Assembly (NCBI GenBank): GCA_047967505.1
Contig: CM106538.1
Source: Dipteris shenzhenensis
Taxonomy: Eukaryota
DNA length: 64,000 nt
Reading direction: 5' to 3' (one strand)
Within the stretch, counting starts at the first letter, position 1; every line of letters starts with the position of its first letter. The notes beneath the pieces were generated by a model. That model saw only the letters and a list, made by a program, of their open reading frames with translations. It had not been told where the DNA came from and did no database searches. Below, piece by piece: positions 1 through 11,216 of this stretch. The position numbers and the translations under genes were made by a program.

Positions 1-419
1 TGAGTTCTCCAAATATTTAGCAATACATTTATGTAAGCGTCTATCATTATGTGTATGAATACTCATAATATTTTGACTTTCAAATAGATTGAGCATAAAA
101 AGAGAGTTTGTCATGACAAGGATTTTAACATTGGACCTACCAAAGAAAAAAGAAAGTTCAAGGTAAGTAATTGCTTTTAATTTCACTATAACTTTTTGGG
201 ATAATTATATTTTCAAATTTATTAACTATTGTTTTTTTCAACTAAAATAGGATTTAAATTAGCTTGAAAGCTCCACTTTGCAAATTAATGAGTTGACACA
301 TCCAAACAAGGTGACACATTCTTTTCTAGAGTTTTAAAAAGCTCTATTATGCTATTCGATACATTCATTTTTCATTAAGTGTATTCGATTTGGATTGATT
401 TATATTTTAATTGTTGCAG

Positions 420-671
420 GCAAGAGGTTGGAGTATAGTCAATCAAGAGACCATACTCATGAAATTCATTGGTGCTAAGACTATAGATGAAATGTATGGT
501 CAGCTAAAAATCATTTGGAATTCCATAAAGGGCAAGTCCAAGAGTTCACAAGAACAAGATCATCAATCCATGAGAGAGGGAGTGGTAGAGTGGCTTTTGC
601 AAGAAAGCAAAATAGCCATTAGAAATGGCGCATCAACAAATTTGAGCCTTGATGATGTGATAGTAACATAG
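420..671 (+). CDS. Terminal exon of a transposon accessory (TnpA-like, unknown family) gene; upstream exons run off the window start
   Basis: Acceptor ttgttgcag ends at 419. Peptide NQETILMKFIGAKTIDEMYGQLK...VVEWLLQE...LSLDD aligns with the last exon at 17933-18205 (NMETILLKYMGVHTIHDMYFSLK...IVHWLIES...LSLED). Confidence 0.7.
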   Translation, partial: ARGWSIVNQETILMKFIGAKTIDEMYGQLKIIWNSIKGKSKSSQEQDHQSMREGVVEWLLQESKIAIRNGASTNLSLDDVIVT

Positions 672-839
672 TTGTAACATTCAAACAATGTTTTCAGACA
701 ATCATTTGAAAATGCGAAACCAATATTTGCACGTCAAGTAATAGAAAAACTGCTTAGTTAGGCACATTGTGAATGAACGTTAATGCTCTGTCTTTCTAAC
801 AACATATATTTCTTTGATGTGGAGTTGAATTTGATTCAC

Positions 840-1125
840 AGTGATATAGGAAAGTTTCTATATGGGAAATGGATAGCAAGTTGATCTAGGAAAGTTCCTG
901 GATAGAGAAAAATTACTAAATAGATAATAAGTTTCTATATGGGAAATGGACAACAAGTTGATCTATATAGATAATAAGGCGTATATAGGAAATTTGACGG
1001 AAGAGATGCTAGTTGTTTTCCTAGGTATCTATCTAGAAAGTGTTCACTTTTTCCTAGTTAAGACTTTTCCTAGTTCTTCTCATTTGGAACTAGGAAAAGT
1101 TCTTTTTTTTCCTATGTAGAGAATG
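840..1125. repeat. (C/TA)TAGGAAA-rich degenerate repeat cluster, left of MYB
   Basis: Many ctaggaaa, tataggaa and ttcctag motifs in both orientations; direct repeat aagtttctatatgggaaatgga..caagttgatcta near 851 and 929. Confidence 0.75.
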
Positions 1126-1233
1126 GTTAGAAGTTCCTTTTGATCGTTCATAATCAGTGATCATGATATTGCAGCTCTGTATACGGTGTCCGTAAAAGTT
1201 CATATCTGAATTGGATCGTACGTAGTGGTAGTC

Positions 1234-2395
1234 ATGAGAGCTCATTGGTCACCGAAGAGGACGAGAAGCTGCTGACGGCCCTGGGCGAGCCGCAAATCCA
1301 TCAAACTTGGAGCGATATAGCTAGTAAAGCGGGTAAGAGCATGCTTGCTAAATTTATCTTATAATAGCTGGTTGCTTTCGAAATGGCTTACAGTTGTGAG
1401 GCTGAGCAGGTCTACAACGATGCGGAAAGAGCTGTAGGAGACGTTGGATGAACCACTTGAGACCAGGCATAAAGCGCGGAAAATTCTCGATGGAAGAAGC
1501 GATGCTTGTATGTGAGCTGCTGTGGTTCAATATGATGAGAGTCGATCTTCGGTAAGACAATGGTACATTAATTCCACTACTGGCTGACGACAATCGTTCT
1601 TCGATCAATGAATACTTAGTCTAGATCCCTTGTTCTTGCTGAAAACAGATGGACCAAGATAGCTGCGCATCTGGGAGGGAGAACAGACAACGATGTAAAG
1701 AACATGTGGCACATTTTCATGAGGAAGAGGCAACCGACCCCAAATCAAGAACAGCCGGCCACCATAATTAGCACTGAGAAAACAGAATCAGGAACGCGTG
1801 AAACTCCAGGCGCCGCGATTGCGAAAGAAGCTGATCAGCATGGCAGCAGAGGGACGTCGAAGCCTTTCGTTTGCCATTCGAAGAGGAGGGTACGTCTGGA
1901 GATCACTTGCTGATGTCGGAGCTGCACACCCCGAATATTTCGCAGGAGGCTCAAGCAATAAACTCAGCCTGCAATCAAACTGTCTCAATGGAGTCGACGG
2001 AATGGGCGATGTGGATCGATCGAATAACCGATGGAATTACAGTAGCAAGCCGCAACGATTCATCAACGAAGCAGGAGCAGCAGATTACAGCACCGGCAAG
2101 CGAGACGTTCTGCAGCAGCAGCATCGATACTATTAATGTCTGCGCACATGACTCCAAAGAAAAGACTATTGGAAGTAGGATGGTGGCAACCACAGGCACG
2201 CATGTCGAACAATATTCTGCAGCTGAAGCAGTAAACGATAATCCGATTAACGATTCGTGGATGATGATGCAGGAAGGGAACGAAGCAATCAAGCTCCCAC
2301 CGATTCATGAAGGCTGGAATGAACTTCTGGGCTACTTTCAGCTGCAATTAATTCACAAGGGACTTTGGCCCAATCCCTATTTAGGAAATTGCTAG
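1234..2395 (+). pseudogene. R2R3-MYB transcription factor, frameshifted (exons about 1234-1332, 1410-1551, 1649-2395)
   Basis: WSP/EEDEKLL...WSDIASKAG | [30 protein letters not shown]... | [26 protein letters not shown] introns 1333-1409 and 1552-1648 lie at the canonical plant R2R3-MYB positions. A 1-nt deletion sits near 1253, and there is a probable second frameshift near 1870-1910. Confidence 0.9.
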
Positions 2396-2760
2396 GTAAC
2401 TAGGAAATTTCATCATATTTCCTAGATAGGAAGAGGGATTTTATACTCTCTATCTAGGAAATTCTATTTCCTATATAGACCAGGTAGTGCTTTCTAGGGA
2501 ATTTGACTTTAATATGGAGAATCAATGTTATCTATATAGGAAATGAGGTGTTCTGTATATAGGAAATTATATTTCCTATATAGAACTCTAGGAAATGTCA
2601 CTTTCTATATGGTGAATGAAGTGGATTTTAAGTTTCCTATATAGGAAATGACGTCTTCTCTAATGTGAGTTTTTACTTGGAGAATCAAAGTATCCTATAT
2701 AGGTAATTAGCAAGAATGTATCTTTTCTATGTGGTGATTTCAATTACCTGCATAGAAATG
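2375..2760. repeat. (C/TA)TAGGAAA-rich degenerate repeat cluster, right of MYB
   Basis: Repeated taggaaat, ttcctatatag and tatataggaaat motifs, the same vocabulary as 840-1125 and 18510-18930. Confidence 0.75.
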
Positions 2761-3399
2761 AGTTGTTTAATATGCAAGAAAGAATATTGGATTATCCATG
2801 TAGAAAAAAGTTTTAATATTAAAAACGAGCATATATATAACAAGCTTGTTTAATTGTAATTTTAATAAGATACTCTACAGGCTAATTATAAATTTTCTAA
2901 TTTTAAAACTCTCCTATTATCCAAAAATTTCAAATGAATGTGAAATGAAGTTTTATCTATTCTAAGTGCAATATATAATATTATATCTATTTGTAAGTGC
3001 AAGATACAATATTGTCAATGTAAATTGTCAAATGTGTAAATAATAAAAAAATGGTATGTAATATCAAATTGATGTTTCAAATACAAGTGTCGATTAAAAG
3101 TAAATGCACAATGTGGAACTGATATTCAGACGAAAGTCTCAATTGTCTAAGGTTTTCAAAGAAAAAGGTTGCCAATAAAGGGCAAATAATTCCTTAAGCC
3201 ATGATAAAGCACAATGTGTCATGTTAAATGAAATGTTTTGGTATAAAAATTAGTTATCTAATGTTAATCTGAATGATACTCATAATAAATTCTCTTGAGT
3301 ATCAGATAAATATATTTTTCCAATAGATTTATTAAGTTGATTAAATTAATTGTGAATGAGATGTTGATATCCTCTAGTGCACAAATTTTCAATTGGGTC

Positions 3400-5100
3400 T
3401 CCACCCATCCCTATGTGGTACTAGGGAGTAGAGGCTCCTTGAAAAGATGGAGAAGCGATTCAACAGCCATCGAGTATGCGAAACCAATGAGTGTGGTGTG
3501 TGGTGAGGATGGAAGTACCTCGAAAGAGTTGGAGAGCAGTGCCACATGGTTGCTCGACGTGCCATGGAAGTTGCTACCAAAGGGTGGTACGAAGCAGGTC
3601 AGAAGCATGTTGCACATTGTGAGTTTCAAGTTGAAGACATTAGTGAGCAGTTGGCAAGAGGAAGTGCATACTTCTTCTTTAGAGGCAGACTACCAAATTT
3701 GGAGGAGCTCCAACAGTTCTTGGTTTTTGAATGTGATATTCCATCCTTGGCCTATATGGCAAAATTAATTGGTAAAGGCTTTTTTATTGTGCGATTTGTT
3801 CCAAGATCTCTTTGCAACAATACTTTGGGTAGGTCCTTCATGTTTGCTGGTGGTTCTGTGCTTATTATTCCTTGGAGTGTGACTTCTTTGTGGATGAATT
3901 TCTATACCACAACTGTCCAGTGTGGATGGATTTTGTGAATCTCCCACCTTGGTTGGGTGAGTCCATCGATAAGATTGCTACAACATTGGCGAAAGTGCTG
4001 CTTATTCCTTGGACTACATGTTCTCCTTTTGGTCATAAGAGGGCCTAGATCCTATGGGATCGTGCCCAGCCAGTTTTGTATTTTATTTAGGTTAAACACC
4101 CAAGTAGGCTTTTGTTTTCTCAACAAGTAAAATTTGTGCCATTCTCAGATCCTGCTTCATTTGTAAGTAGACAAGTCATTTCACCAAGGAGTGTCTGGAG
4201 AGGCCAACTAGCATGGCCCTCGCGCGAGCGGACAAGGTCTCTTCACCATCGGATTCATGCAAGAGGGTGCACCAATCCAATTGGCTTCTAATCATAGGCT
4301 TGGTTTTGAATTCTTTGCTAATTGTCCACATCGAGGTAAGGGGGGCACGACAACCTTGTTGCAGAGTAGCCTCAGCCCCAAGGAATCTACAGAGATAACA
4401 AAGGCTCAATTGTTGCAGTTGTTGCATGTAGGATGGCTTTGTGCTTAGGGTTGCTTCAGTGTATGGACCAAATTCTATGCAAGATAGGATCAATTGTTGG
4501 GAACGCTTGGAGGATTGCATGGTACTTGATTCACTGGATAGTCGAGCGGGATTGGAACTTCACAACCAATGAGCTAGATCAGTCTCACCCAACTTTGTCT
4601 ATCTCAAGTAAAAAAAGGGATGCATGGGAGCAGTTGGTGGAGTAAAGGCTTAGTGGATTGTGCCCAGCTAGATCCTGTGAATCCGAAGGAATTATTGTGG
4701 TCCAACCACAGAAAGGTGAAGAGTACAGGGCTACTAGACTGTATCAATTCTACACTTAGGAAGAGGGGTGGTGGCTAAGAGGCCCCATGCATGGTGAAAC
4801 TATTCTTAACTCGGGTCTATCTAATCATGTGCTAGGGGTCTAGACATTTGGTACCCTGCTAGTGGCAGGGAGATACTTGGATATCCCCTACACCAGTAAG
4901 AAGAGACTTTTAGAATCCCAAAGATTTTATAGAGAGATTAGGGAGTTATGGGTTGAGCATGGATCCGCCTTTTCTGACCTATGTAAGGAATGGGACGCCA
5001 CCTCTGGTAATGATGTCAATGGGACCCCTTGCCTTGTGAATGGGTTCATGGGTTTTAGACAAGCTATGGTCAAGAAGGTGGGATGAGATGGAGCTAAGAT
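3400..5100 (+). mobile_element. Degenerate L1-clade LINE remnant (ORF1 plus endonuclease)
   Basis: DUF4283-like LIGKGFFIVRF; zinc knuckle CFICK*TSHFTKEC near 4153-4195; APE-like GKGGTTTLL, VYGPNS, DWNF and LSNH motifs; many stops. Confidence 0.7.
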
Positions 5101-5894
5101 GAACATTGGCTAGTCCAAAATATCATAGAGCGTATTAGTGTCTATGTTAAGGACACTCCTCTTGCATAGTTACTTATGATCCTCTCTTCCATAGTAAAGA
5201 TGAATGATCCTCTCCCATGCATAAATATTATGATCGCCCTCCTAAGAGGGCCATATACAATTTTGTATCCTATATTATTATAGGGTTTAAACATCAAATC
5301 GGACTCCACATAACATTTTGTAAAGAGGTCAAGTTTAACAACTAAGATGTAAAGGAGAATTTCTCTTAATTGGAAATCTTATAATAATAAAACTGAGTTT
5401 TATTAGAAGGAGGAAATTATGGAGACTGGGCCAATTGAAAAAGGGCTTATAGCCTATCGGGGCTATGCTACTAAATAGCGTGGGGGTGGGGGGGGGGGAC
5501 TCAAGACAACCTAAAGTAGAACATTGCAGCCATCAACCGGAGTTTGCCACCTAGACGTTCGAAATGCTGCATGAGCTTTTCAACCATCACTAGGCAATTC
5601 ACCAAACCCATTGTGTAGGCAATTACCATTAAGAACACAAGAGGTCCTAAGACAAGAGGGGGGAGGGGGAAAGGGGGGGTTAGGTTTGTCGGTTGGGGGT
5701 TGGTTTGGGGGAGAGGTTTGGGTTTGGTTTGATGCTTGTGGGGGGAAACGCCAGCTCTTGCGCCAATAGCTGCTTGTCGATGCCATTTCATAATTACAAA
5801 CTTCACATTGATGTAGACATATCTCGGTCGGATCACATACATTTTATTGCAACCTGCACAGACATACCCGACGAACCCAACAAGCCCTCTTCGC

Positions 5895-6645
5895 ATTTGA
5901 GAGTACATCCTACAAAGTTTCGTTTTTGTTGATGCAGCTTTTTGCATTCGAGAGTACATCCTTGGATATTGTGTATATGCACTCAGACCATGGTTCATCA
6001 GTCTGTATGAGACCCCTAGCATAGTGCATATTGTGTATATGCACTCAGACCATGGTTCATCAGTCTGTATGAGACCCAAAGCCAAAGTTGTTGCAAGGAG
6101 TATAGTGGCATGTTGCGTTTTGCACAATAGTCTACTCGTAGTTGGGGATGTGCCATAACATGAAGATTGCTTTGACGGACCACATGATGAGGATGTATGC
6201 AAGGAAGCTAGGATTTATGAACTTATCAAATGATTCCACATTCTGGTAGGTCTATGCACAGGAAATTTGGGTGTATGGAAATCACATGAAGGTAAGTATT
6301 GCATGAACTTATCAAATGATCCCAAATTTTGGTGGTCTATGCAAGCTACATCTGGGTGTATGGTTCGATGACCTAAAGGTAAGTCCTGCATGAACTTATC
6401 GAATGATTCCACTATGGTGGATGCATGTAAGGAAGATGGGGTACATGATCTTAGTAAATGATCCCACTATTTGGTGTGTGGAAGTCATACCATTAGACTT
6501 ACATGATCCAACTTGAAGGGACTATGCAAGGGTCTATTTTGGTGTGTGGAAGGCATACCATCATACAAACCTTTTGTTTGGTGTATGCAAGGGACTTATC
6601 AAATGAACATTGAACCCATACATGAACTTATCAAATGATCCCACA
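5895..6645. repeat. Local tandem and dispersed repeats
   Basis: About 50-bp atattgtgtatatgcactcagaccatggttcatcagtctgtatgagaccc twice (near 5966 and 6029); atgaacttatc(a/g)aatgat at about 6217, 6303, 6390 and 6622. Confidence 0.8.
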
Positions 6646-9529
6646 ATATGCCTCTAGCCAACAATATACCCGCTAGATCAAAACAATGTAGCGGGACTTC
6701 CATTAGATAGCAAGTGAGTAGATCCAAATCCTTGAACTTTTACAAGATACTTGGGCAAGGTGCAAAGGCTCTTAGCGACCAAGGTTGATAAGCTTTGGTT
6801 GATCGAGGTTGAAAGGAAAACTCCACCAAATACCAAATGGAAGTTGAAGCTCAAATCTCATTTCCACAAACAAACCTTGATACTTAACACCACAAGGATG
6901 CCACCAACATCACCTTGTAGAGCCCCTTTCAAGGGTAGTTAATATCGACTATGGCAAGGAGCACAAAAGCAAAGTAGCAGCACTCGCATGCCAGATTATC
7001 TGTTGTTAGTCACCAAATCCAAAAACGGCATACACATAGCTTGAAAATTTTGGTTAAAATTTTGTATGAAGGTTGTAGATTTTGTATGGTTTGGAATATG
7101 ATGTAAACCGGTGGTTTTGCAATACAAATAATATAAAAGGCAGCGGATTTATATATATATTTGCAATGTCATACTGGAATTTTTAATGGGTTAATGTAAA
7201 GTCTAAGATTATGAGGTGTAAGTGCTATGGTGAATTGAAAGTGTTAACCTTAATTAAGTTAAAAAGGTTAATATTAAGGTTAATTAGGTTAATATTAATG
7301 TGAATTAAGTGCTTCAGGTTATGTTAATTGAGTCATCGTAGGAAGAATGACTAATTAATTAATAGAGTTTAGACTGGGAAGCCAATCCGAGAGAGAAAGA
7401 GAGAGAGTCCAATCCGAGAGCCTTTTGTGACAGTTGTTCATCTGCTCTTTTTGTTTAGGGAGAGAGAGAGAGGCTTTTCGCTTTCAAAGACTGCGACTTC
7501 TGTTATGTGTGAGAGAGAGAAGGATTTCTTCTCACTCACAGTTTCTCAAGGACTCCTAAGCTCAAGAATACTCAAAATTTGATGGGCACACAAGTAAGCT
7601 CAAGGGCACATACGGATCTTGTAGGTTGTTTTAGTTCTCTTTGCACTTAATGGATGTCAGAAGTTCTTTAGTACTTGTTGAACTAGCACCCTTTAGTCAT
7701 GCTACTTTGCCCTTGTTTGGGGTGCCTCTTATTTCCATCTCCTTTTGCATCTTTTGCATTTATAATCTATAAAGCTTAAATTATACTTTTTTGCATCTTT
7801 ATGTTTGCATCTCTCATCTATATAAAGCTTAAATTATATCTTTTGCATCTCTCATCTATAAAGCTTAAATTATACTTTTTTGCATCTTTATGTTTCATAT
7901 GAACTGGAAGTGGTTCTTGGTTAGCCACCTCGTTGTTTTAGTAATTGTAAGCGCAATTCTGTGGATGATGATGCATGGCAAAGTATTGATAGTCCTTGAA
8001 AACCATTTCATACCTCAGATTTCAAAGGACAAAAATGTCTCTAAAGGGCAAAATGCCACTTCATACCTCTGATTTCGAAAGACATAAGTGCCTATGGAGG
8101 GAAAATTTGGCTTGGCTAAGTGATATATTGGTAGATGAAATAGTGATTCTAGTAATGCTCCCAAAGATTTTGTCAAGCTTGCATTCGAGCACACATTCAA
8201 TAAGATCCTCACTATGGGGATATCTTTGAGTAACTCAAGTGTCATGTTGTCAAAATCATATTTAACATAGGCCATTCGACTTAGATAAGAATAGAAGTTA
8301 AGAAGCATGGAAGGTGCAAGCATGGAGCATGGAAGGTGCAAGGCCCAAAATTTTGAGAGGGGAGAGGGCCCAAAAATTTGAGAGGGAAGAGGAAAGAGGG
8401 AAGCGGGAAAATAGGGGAAAAGAGATTTCCCCCAAACCTATCTCTGACTCCCAAATGGCTCATTCTACATGGTATCCTCCTGCTCACCACTCACAACCGT
8501 AATAGCTAACCCCTACCTACTCACGACTCGAGGTTCCCATATCCCTTACCTCTTCATTCCCTGTACCTTCCTGAGCCGTCTCATCTCGCATCAATTGCAA
8601 GGTCCTCGATCAAAGCTGAAGTGAATCTGCGCGCAGTTTCGGAGTGATCATCGATCACTACTTAAGGTCCTCAATCAATCGACAAATTTAAAGCAGTAAT
8701 GCAATCTAGCGATTTGTAGTTGTCTCGTGGACTTCAGAAATCTGTACTGCGCCTGCATCCACCTTCATTCTCTCCTCGAATCTATGCATACCCTAGTCTT
8801 GCATATGCTCAGCCTATTATACGGTACTGTCTAGTCTCCTCGCTGCATCTATGCACCTCCTGAGTCCTACGCCATATATATTAATTTGCTGCTATACGAC
8901 GTCGACTGCTCGAGATACAGTACACTCAATTGGAGGCTTAATTAATTTGAAGGTAAGAAGTTATATATATCTAGACTAATTGCATTCGGCGTACGTCGGC
9001 AGAGCTAGTCGTTTAATTTTTCATCCACTAAGGCTAGTATACCGCATCGTCGACGTACTTACTATATTTGCTTCGATCTGCACGGCGCCCCAGTAGCTCT
9101 AATTTTAATTTCTGGCTAGTAGCTGCTACACTAGCTATAGCTTACACTGCGCCCAGCTAACTAGTACACCGCGCTAAGGGGCCAGCTCCGATCCGTTCGC
9201 CCTGTAACTGCAGCAGGCTGCAATAAAAGGTTGATATATCTGTACATGTGTATACTAGCTACTGCGCACCATTCGAAGCAGCTCGCGGCCGGGGCGTACG
9301 TTCGTATACAATCTCAAGTCAACTCCCAACAGGTCGATTGTGACACACCTTGGGCAGCAATTTCCAGGTTAGTATATAGTAATTCGATCCATTTACCAAG
9401 GAATTTTCCAGCATTAACCCCCATTTTAATTTCTATCCTAAAGTAATCCTATCTCTTAATATATATGCCTCCCATGCCACAAATCCTGTCAAAGATATCC
9501 TGTCAAAGATGTTGCCATAAATTTGTATA

Positions 9530-10900
9530 TGCCTACTCATGTTTTGCCTATGTGTATGCTTCTATATTTCTATAATATGCTTGTACTTTTTTATTCTTCT
9601 ATATTTATATAATTCTATATGCTTCTATATCTTTGCTTTATGTTTCTATATTTCTATAGGCTTCTATATCTTTATGTTTCTATTTAATGAATGCCATTGT
9701 GTGCCTTATTTTATGCTTGATGTTTATGCCTTATGCTTCTATGCTTTATGTTTCTATATGTGCTAGTCTATGCTTGCTTATGTCTCTACATGCTTTATGT
9801 GAATGCAAGTATATGCTTTATTTGAATGCCTATTAAGTTTATGCTTTATGTGAATGCCTATTTGCCTATGCTTCTTTAGTCTATGCTTCTATTGCTATTT
9901 AATGAATGCTTTATGTGAATGTCTATGTCTATGCATCTATGTTTATGTATGCCTATTTTATGCTTTATGCTTTATGGATCTTGTTTATGGATGCCTTCTT
10001 TATGCTTAATGCCTCTGATTTAAGTTTATATATGTCTATGCATCTATGTTCATGTATGCCTGTGTTGATGCTTCTATATGTCTATATGCCAATATGAATG
10101 CTTATATGCCTATGCTTGTTTGGAAATTATGCTTATGTGTAGGCATGCCTATGCTTCTATGCCTATCATGCTAAAGTAAACCTTTGCAATTACATGCATG
10201 CCTTTACTTTTCCTTAATTTAGTACCTATGTGAATGCCTATGCCTATTTGCCTATTTGCCTATGCCTATGCCTATGCCTATGTGAATGCCTATGCCTATT
10301 TGCCTATTTGCCTATGCCTATGCCTATTTGCCTATGCATATTTGCTTTATGCCTATTCTTTAAGTTTATGTATGCCTATGTCTATGCTTCTATATGTCTA
10401 TATGCTTATGTGAATGCCTACTTTATGCTTTATGCCTATTTGCCTATGCTTCTATATGTCTATATGCTTTATGTGAATGCCTATTTGCCTATGCTTCTAT
10501 TTGCTTTATGCTTTATGTGAATGCCATTGCCCATGCTTGCCTATGTTTCTATATGTGCTAGTCTACGCTTGCTTATGTCTCTACATGCTTTATGTGAATG
10601 CCTATTTGCCTATGCTTGCCTATGTTTCTATACGTGCTAGTCTATGCTTGCCTATTTGCCTATGTTTCTATACGTGCTAGCCTATGCTTGCCTATTTGCC
10701 TATGCTTCTATTTGCTTTATGCTTTATGTGAATTCCATTGCCTATGCATGTCTATGTTTCTATGCCAATGTGAATGCTTATATGCCTATGCTTGTCTGGA
10801 AATTATGCTTATGTGTAGGCATGCCTATGCTTCTATGCCTATCATGCTAAAGTAAACCTTTGCAATTACATGTGTGCCTTTATTTTTCCTTAATTTTAAA
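9530..10900 (+). repeat. Degenerate TATGC(C/T) simple-repeat tract
   Basis: Dense tatgcc, tatgct and tttgcc hexamers; a ~135-bp direct repeat at about 10087-10222 and 10763-10897. Confidence 0.9.
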
Positions 10901-11216
10901 GTAATTTTAAAATAGCCATGTATGCTAAGATTAGAAGAGTAGATTGGAACAAATTTAGTTTTAAAATGTATATAAATATAAAGCTCGTGTTTAATTCTAC
11001 GATTGTTACAATGCTTTTGTTTTTAAATGTATATTATAAAGCTCATGTTTAAAATCTTTATGCTTTTATTTATGCTTCTATGTGTTTTTATTTTAAGTGT
11101 GTTTATACATGTTTATAAATGCCATGTCTCTATGCTTGTGATGGACTTTGTTGAGCTTATGCAAGTGTTTCTTCTCTAGGGTGTTTTATTTATGATTTCA
11201 TGTGCCTTATTCCAGA

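Noticed and set aside
837-843. CACAGTG (Transib/RSS-like heptamer) at the start of the repeat cluster
   Set aside because: No matching inverted CACTGTG was seen at the other end of the cluster; a single 7-mer is expected by chance.
5501-6202. 233-aa minus-strand ORF
   Set aside because: It runs through tandem repeats and G/C runs and has no recognisable domain.
9539-10855. Cys/Leu/Tyr/Met-rich ORFs
   Set aside because: Translation artefacts of the TATGCY simple repeat.
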